From: a virus
Strand: one strand, 5' to 3'
DNA: 64,000 nt
Virus record (IMG/VR): IMGVR_UViG_3300026430_000265
Span: 2,771-66,770 of that record
The translations under genes were made by a program, and so were the position numbers. Shown piece by piece: positions 59,542 to 64,000 of the stretch. The notes beneath the pieces were generated by a model, which searched no databases, was not told the origin of the DNA, and was given only the letters and a program-made list of their open reading frames with translations. Position 1 is the stretch's first letter, and each line of letters begins with the position of its first letter.

Positions 59542-60042
59542 TTACTCGACGGTGTTGTTCTTGACGCCACCGAATTCATCATCGGGATTGAAGTCGACCA
59601 TCTTGATGGTGTTCTTCAGGTACACGGCTTCGCTTGGGTCGTTCGCCGAGTAGGTGTCGATAATCTCCTCGAGGTGCGCTCGCGTCTTCGACTGAAACTG
59701 AAAGGTGCACGCGCCCGTGCGGCCAATGTCACCGACGTACTTGAAGGTGCACGCACGACGCTTGCGAATGATGCGCAGCAACTCTTCGGGCAATGCCTTG
59801 GGCGCGTCGGTCAGAATGTCGAGCTCCAGACGATACGCAGGCGGCATGTAGAACAGCTCCAGATTCTGGTCCATGGTGCGTTCGAGTTTGCGCAGCGTGG
59901 CGAAGCTCGGGTACCACTCGCCGTTCTCGTACTTGCTGCCAGTCTCGTGGCTAATGCCGATCTTGGCTGCAAACTCTGCACGGTTCAGGCCAGACTTGGC
60001 GCGCTGTTCGGCGTAGAAGATGTGGAATGCAATGCGGCTCAT
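59542..60042 (-). CDS. XRE/Cro-C1-type HTH transcriptional regulator
   Basis: RAKSGLNRAEFAAKIGISHETGSKYENGEWYPSFATLRKL is a canonical HTH_3; ATGA overlap at 60042. Confidence 0.85.
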   Translation of the reverse strand: MSRIAFHIFYAEQRAKSGLNRAEFAAKIGISHETGSKYENGEWYPSFATLRKLERTMDQNLELFYMPPAYRLELDILTDAPKALPEELLRIIRKRRACTFKYVGDIGRTGACTFQFQSKTRAHLEEIIDTYSANDPSEAVYLKNTIKMVDFNPDDEFGGVKNNTVE

Positions 60043-60578
60043 GGCAGAACCTCCCATGCGATTGGTGCAAAGTTTGCGGACCGCATGAATGTCACGATCC
60101 CATTGTTGAGGGCGACGTTGTACATTTCGCCTTGAGTCGTCTTGGTGCGTGCGCAGTATGCAGCCAGCAGCATCGCCAGCTCATTCACCACAAACACTTC
60201 GGCGCCCGTCTCCCGAGTAACGATCACCTCGACGTCCTCGACAGGCACTGTGACCACGTCGGCACCTGAGATAAACACACGCTCGACCATGGCCTTGGCG
60301 ACCACAGTGAGTTGCGTCTTCTTCACTGCCTTGAGTGGACGAACACCGTGCTTCTGCTCCAGCACCTTGAGGAAGTGCAGGGCACGGTTGAGAATGCCGT
60401 AGGCGCCAACTACTCGCAAGCCAGACTCGGCGCGACTCAGGCGAACACCGTCGAAGCCAATCATGCGACCGACGTCAGCAGACGACAAGCCGAATAGTTT
60501 GCGTTTGGCTTTCACCTTGAGGCCTTGATTCGCTGCCTCGGTGACGTGCTTTGGTGCGCCGCGTAGTTTTGTTGTCAT
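60039..60578 (-). CDS. XRE-like HTH protein
   Basis: KAKRKLFGLSSADVGRMIG..RLSRAESG HTH pattern. Confidence 0.65.
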   Translation of the reverse strand: MTTKLRGAPKHVTEAANQGLKVKAKRKLFGLSSADVGRMIGFDGVRLSRAESGLRVVGAYGILNRALHFLKVLEQKHGVRPLKAVKKTQLTVVAKAMVERVFISGADVVTVPVEDVEVIVTRETGAEVFVVNELAMLLAAYCARTKTTQGEMYNVALNNGIVTFMRSANFAPIAWEVLP

Positions 60579-60641
60579 GTTCGTTTACCTTAACTAAGTC
60601 CATAACCAATGAAGTGCGAGCATAGTATGCTTCACTCGACC

Positions 60642-60671
60642 ATTATAGCATAACTGAAATCAGTAGTACAA
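60642..60671 (-). promoter_or_regulatory. Sigma70-type promoter (extended -10) with conserved 17-bp element copy A (60651-60667)
   Basis: Minus strand TTGTAC/TGTACT-N17/18-TATAAT with TG-n-TATAAT; the palindrome ACTGA-AA-TCAGT lies in the spacer. Confidence 0.8.
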
Positions 60672-60695
60672 GGACTTAGTGGTGAAGATTATAGG

Positions 60696-61079
60696 TTAGG
60701 TAGTCGCGTTGGTTAGCGTGACCACGTCGCTGCCCTTAGCCGCAGAGTACAGCAGACCCAGCACGGCGTTGAGCTCCATCAGATCAACCATCGGGTCGTC
60801 AATCTCACCGACGCGAATGTTGACGTAGGCCGGGTGCCGTTTGGCGTGCACCAGCGTGTGAATGTTGCCCATCTTGTGTCCGATCATACCCAGCAGCTTC
60901 TGGGACTCAGCGCTAATGTTGACGATGATCTGGAGGAACTGCCAGCGTTCCAGCTTAATGACTTCACCAGCATATGGCTGGATGAAGGTGTTGTTCAGCA
61001 CAGACTCCCAACGGCTCGGGTTGCTCAGGCTATGCGTCGCTACAACCTCTTGGTTATGTTGTGCAGTGAATCGCAGCAT
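60696..61079 (-). CDS. Hypothetical protein
   Basis: AAAGGAG RBS before ATG 61079; 127 aa. Confidence 0.7.
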   Translation of the reverse strand: MLRFTAQHNQEVVATHSLSNPSRWESVLNNTFIQPYAGEVIKLERWQFLQIIVNISAESQKLLGMIGHKMGNIHTLVHAKRHPAYVNIRVGEIDDPMVDLMELNAVLGLLYSAAKGSDVVTLTNATT

Positions 61080-61089
61080 GACTGCTCCT

Positions 61090-61106
61090 TTACTGAAATC
61101 AGTAGT
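61090..61106 (-). promoter_or_regulatory. Conserved 17-bp element copy C abutting the RBS
   Basis: Plus strand TTACTGAAATCAGTAGT, 16/17 identical to copy A; TACTGA-AA-TCAGTA perfect 6-bp arms. Confidence 0.7.
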
Positions 61107-61119
61107 GCATAAACAGGCC

Positions 61120-61157
61120 AAATAAAAGGCAGCTATCCCATTGGGCGTCACTGCCTT
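61120..61157 (-). terminator. Rho-independent terminator
   Basis: Minus strand AAGGCAG..CCC-AAT-GGG..CTGCCTT followed by TTATTT. Confidence 0.65.
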
Positions 61158-61161
61158 GCGT

Positions 61162-61344
61162 TTAGTTCAGGCCAGCCGCTTTACGAACTGACCCCAGACC
61201 TGCGGTGTACATCAACGGCCACAGGTCATTCTTTACCTTGTTTCTCATTGCTAAGGTAACATGCTCGGTCGACACCCCGTTTGATTCGGCTGCGAGCCGT
61301 GTCATTACGTCGACCTGATTGTTCGAGGCGTTCTTGTTCGTCAT
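61162..61344 (-). CDS. 60-aa hypothetical protein overlapping the 3' end of 61226-61744
   Basis: Strong GGAG RBS before ATG 61344; ends just before the terminator. Confidence 0.6.
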   Translation of the reverse strand: MTNKNASNNQVDVMTRLAAESNGVSTEHVTLAMRNKVKNDLWPLMYTAGLGSVRKAAGLN

Positions 61345-61744
61345 GGTATTCTCCGAGTTTGACCATCTGGTTTTCAGCAGCACTCAGGTCGATCTTCTCG
61401 ATGGCGTCGAGGATCACCCGAATGTGATTGTCGAACTGGTCTTTCTTTTCGTGGCCATTGCTCAAGTTGGCAATGTGCTTGACGCTCATGACCACGTCTG
61501 CCAGCAGTCGGGCTGCACTGCACAGCGCGCCGCTCGTGGCTCGTTGCACGTTGTTGACCAGACGGCCTTGCGTGCGCAGTTCGTTCATGGACGCTTGAAG
61601 TTCGTCGCTCTTTTCAACCATGAACTTCTGGAAGGCTTCCTGATCTTTGCGGAGCTTCTGAGCCCGGTTGTGTGAGAACCAGATTATGAGCAGCGTCCAC
61701 AAACAGAACAGGCCGGTGAGAATTATTGCGTGTCTTGGTTCCAT
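61226..61744 (-). CDS. Membrane-anchored coiled-coil protein
   Basis: 172 aa; TM IILTGLFCLWTLLIIWF followed by heptads. Confidence 0.7.
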   Translation of the reverse strand: MEPRHAIILTGLFCLWTLLIIWFSHNRAQKLRKDQEAFQKFMVEKSDELQASMNELRTQGRLVNNVQRATSGALCSAARLLADVVMSVKHIANLSNGHEKKDQFDNHIRVILDAIEKIDLSAAENQMVKLGEYHDEQERLEQSGRRNDTARSRIKRGVDRACYLSNEKQGKE

Positions 61745-62130
61745 GGGTGATTCACCATAAGCGGCAGTCGCTTTACCATTACAGGTGCAACTTCGTCGTC
61801 ATATCGCACATACCCAGATCGCTCCAGGAATGCAAGCAAGTGCTCGTTGTGCACCTGATCGACTCGCACCACACCATAGTTGAGCCGTACAGCTTCGGCT
61901 TCGATTGCTAGGAGGAAGGCTTTGAAGTGGCCCTTCCGTTGTTGATCGACGTCGGTGTACACGCGTTGAATCTGGACAGCCGACACTCGTTGCTGCGTCT
62001 CTCTGTCGTAGTGCAGCACGCCGACATTCAACATGAAGTTGACGTGGTTGATGCTATCCTCCATCGGGCGCCGGAACATCGACAGCCGATGGAGGTGCAT
62101 GAGAGAGACCAGATCACTGGTCAGTTCCAT
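61723..62130 (-). CDS. GNAT-family N-acetyltransferase-like protein
   Basis: IQRVYTD-x-DQQRKGHF-x-AFL..AV..V-x-N-x2-L-x2-FLER-x-GY matches GNAT motifs A and B. Confidence 0.7.
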   Translation of the reverse strand: MELTSDLVSLMHLHRLSMFRRPMEDSINHVNFMLNVGVLHYDRETQQRVSAVQIQRVYTDVDQQRKGHFKAFLLAIEAEAVRLNYGVVRVDQVHNEHLLAFLERSGYVRYDDEVAPVMVKRLPLMVNHPWNQDTQ

Positions 62131-62131
62131 G

Positions 62132-62548
62132 TCAGGCCACTTCGTACACAGTGACCTGCTTGGAGTTCTTGCCTTTCTTCACAACACCGACGTCGCCTTC
62201 GGTCGCCTTGCTGAACATCGAGGCGTACTTGGTGCGCGATTGCTTGTCGATGGTTTCTTCCGGATCAAACTCGCCGACCAGTTGAGTGAAGGTGAACTCA
62301 CCGCAGCCCGCGTAGTTTTCTTGCGCGTAGGTCACCAGACGATTGACCACCTGCTGGTGCTCGTTCGGCTCAGGGATTTCGTCGCCTGCCTTGGCAGCTT
62401 TGGCCTTGGCAGCAGGTTTACGATCACCCAGCAGGAATTCGCTGAAACGCTCTTGCAGCAGTTGGTTCAGCGGTACGTTGAGTTCTACAGCTTCCTTCGT
62501 GGCTTTTGCGACGGCTTCATCGCTGGCAACCAGGACAAGGATAGGCAT
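62132..62548 (-). CDS. Hypothetical protein, RHH-like N-terminus and DUF1413-like C-terminus
   Basis: 138 aa; GEFTF-x2-L..R..YA-x2-F..K..YE pattern; AAGGA RBS. Confidence 0.5.
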   Translation of the reverse strand: MPILVLVASDEAVAKATKEAVELNVPLNQLLQERFSEFLLGDRKPAAKAKAAKAGDEIPEPNEHQQVVNRLVTYAQENYAGCGEFTFTQLVGEFDPEETIDKQSRTKYASMFSKATEGDVGVVKKGKNSKQVTVYEVA

Positions 62549-62559
62549 GATGGTATTCC

Positions 62560-62712
62560 TTACAGGGAGTTGAACATGGACATAAGTCGGTCGACTTCGT
62601 TTACTGGAGTCGAGAGCTTCTGTGGTTGCTGCACTGGCACAGGAGCTTTCACTTGTGCCTTTACAGTTGCTGCGGTATTAGCGGAAATCTTCTTCGTCGG
62701 TATCGTCGTCAT
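62560..62712 (-). CDS. Candidate 50-aa ORF overlapping the acidic tail of 62678-63715
   Basis: MTTIPTKKISANTAATVKAQVKAPVPVQQPQKLSTPVNEVDRLMSMFNSL fills an otherwise empty 130-bp gap; its stop TAA is fused to the next RBS (TAAGGA). Confidence 0.45.
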   Translation of the reverse strand: MTTIPTKKISANTAATVKAQVKAPVPVQQPQKLSTPVNEVDRLMSMFNSL

Positions 62713-63715
62713 CGTCGTCGTCGTCTTGCGCTGCTTTGGCTTTCTTGCCGCTTTGTGCTACCTTGGGTTTCTTTGGCAGGTAGTCGTTCAGTTCTTTGAG
62801 CGGATCGAACGCCGGAATCTTCTGGAGCTCACGCAGCGACGTGATCACGGTGAGTTCGCGACCAGCGACAGCAAACGTCAGGGTTACCAGATCGCCATAC
62901 TTGTCTGCCTGCACGTCGGTGAGCTTGATGTTTTCTTCTTCATCGTGGTCAAGCGTCAACCAGTCCTTGAAGGCTTGCTCAATGCCCTTCGGAATATTGA
63001 GGACACTGTCTTCCTCTTCTTCGGCATCGCTCAAGAAGTCTAGGAACTCGTCGTCATTCAGACCCATCGGAGTCAGATCGGACGTGAACGCCTCGAAGAA
63101 CGCCGCGTTGTTGATGCACACCAGACGGTCCATGCCCAGGACTACAGGCACGCGAACCATCTTGCCAGCGCAAACGCCGATCAGACCGAACTGCGAATGG
63201 TCTGTTGGAGCGGCGTCCTTGGTAAGTGCTTCTTGCTGGGCGCGTAGTGCTGCGGCAACTTCAAGTGCTTTGACGTGGGCTTCTGCCTTATCCAGTACGT
63301 CTCGCAAGAAACGGCTGGACGAATCAAACACGTCCGGTGTAGGATTCTTCACGCCGTGAAGGCGGTCAATGTCGTTTTTCTCACTGACGATCTTGCGCGT
63401 GAACCACGAGTTGCGTCGTAGGAACCGCTGAATTTGAGTGGGGCTCAGCGGCGTCACGTTATGCGAATGGATGGTCTTTTCCGGGATCGCAAACTCGTAG
63501 TAGTAATCACCCAGCTGGAAGGTACCAGTCCAGCGATACGCGAACGGCAGGATATGCTGCTTGACTGCGCAGCCCGCCTCACGGCGCTTGCGGATGTGAA
63601 TCTCCAGCTCGTGCTTCTCGAAGATTGCCTTCAACTGGTGTATGACAAACTCGCTGTCCAACTCACGACCCCACAGTTGGGAGCGCATGCCTTGTACTTC
63701 TTGCGCCTTGCTCAT
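62678..63715 (-). CDS. Hypothetical protein with acidic C-terminal tail
   Basis: 345 aa; AAGGAGGG RBS; ends in a poly-Asp tract. Confidence 0.75.
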   Translation of the reverse strand: MSKAQEVQGMRSQLWGRELDSEFVIHQLKAIFEKHELEIHIRKRREAGCAVKQHILPFAYRWTGTFQLGDYYYEFAIPEKTIHSHNVTPLSPTQIQRFLRRNSWFTRKIVSEKNDIDRLHGVKNPTPDVFDSSSRFLRDVLDKAEAHVKALEVAAALRAQQEALTKDAAPTDHSQFGLIGVCAGKMVRVPVVLGMDRLVCINNAAFFEAFTSDLTPMGLNDDEFLDFLSDAEEEEDSVLNIPKGIEQAFKDWLTLDHDEEENIKLTDVQADKYGDLVTLTFAVAGRELTVITSLRELQKIPAFDPLKELNDYLPKKPKVAQSGKKAKAAQDDDDDDDDTDEEDFR

Positions 63716-64000
63716 TCTGCACCCTCCTTGATTACCATGTGGAAGCTGTCGAGTGTGGCCGTCAGCATTTGCAGCATGTACACGCCGTTCAGCGGATCGA
63801 CCACGTCCATTTCACAGACGCGCAGCTTGGCGCTTACTGCGTGATGTTCAAGGTCACGCTTGATTTCCAGCGGGTTGGTTGGACCTTCGTACTTCAGGCC
63901 AAACTCTTGCAGGAACGCGGCGTTGTCGCTGACTAGCAGCAGGTTGCGTACGGAGAACAGCGATACGTCAGTTTCGCCCATGCGCAGAATCTTGACGCTT
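63712..64000 (-). CDS. Hypothetical protein, 5'-truncated at the window edge
   Basis: The reading frame stays open from ATG 63981 to the window end. Confidence 0.6.
   Translation of the reverse strand, partial: SVKILRMGETDVSLFSVRNLLLVSDNAAFLQEFGLKYEGPTNPLEIKRDLEHHAVSAKLRVCEMDVVDPLNGVYMLQMLTATLDSFHMVIKEGAE

Noticed and set aside
1-64000. tRNA/rRNA genes, integrase or transposase, and stop-codon reassignment
   Set aside because: No cloverleaf or rRNA-like segment, no recombinase motifs, and genes pack end to end under the standard code using all three stop codons.

Overview
This is a 64-kb segment of a large lytic dsDNA phage genome, most likely a Pseudomonas-infecting jumbo myophage of the PaBG/Lu11 type. 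That assignment is inferred from a close AmrZ homolog, collagen-fibre genes and the gene density; no database search was run. Two tightly packed gene blocks converge on a perfect 24-bp palindromic bidirectional terminator at 35110-35133. The + strand block (1-35096) is a late/virion region: four collagen-like fibre genes, a 1216-aa multi-domain adhesin, tail/baseplate-type proteins, a periplasmic sensor-like cassette, large LamG/beta-propeller receptor-binding-type proteins, a lysis-like cassette, two Gly-rich paralogs and a Nudix hydrolase. The - strand block (35137-64000) holds small early/accessory genes: a glutathionylspermidine-synthase-like ATP-grasp enzyme beside a DUF1190-like lipoprotein, DUF4326, HicB-like, MazG-like, AmrZ, metallophosphoesterase, AP2-like, RlaP-like nucleotidyltransferase, XRE HTH and GNAT proteins, plus many hypotheticals. 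I recognised no tRNA, rRNA, CRISPR array, integrase, transposase or reverse transcriptase. The most interesting observations are: (1) five otherwise mostly unrelated fibre/adhesin genes, plus a decayed sixth, share an N-terminal ML(S/T)L(I/V)P peptide conserved at protein level but not DNA level, a candidate docking tag for interchangeable receptor-binding modules; (2) four collagen paralogs carry a Cys in exactly the same register; (3) a phage copy of the host global regulator AmrZ has a hidden Arg-rich peptide gene behind it; (4) a 17-bp palindromic element recurs three times upstream of early genes near two XRE HTH genes; (5) a Calx-beta domain is split by nested inserted domains. All family assignments come from motif recognition by eye and need HMM or structure confirmation.
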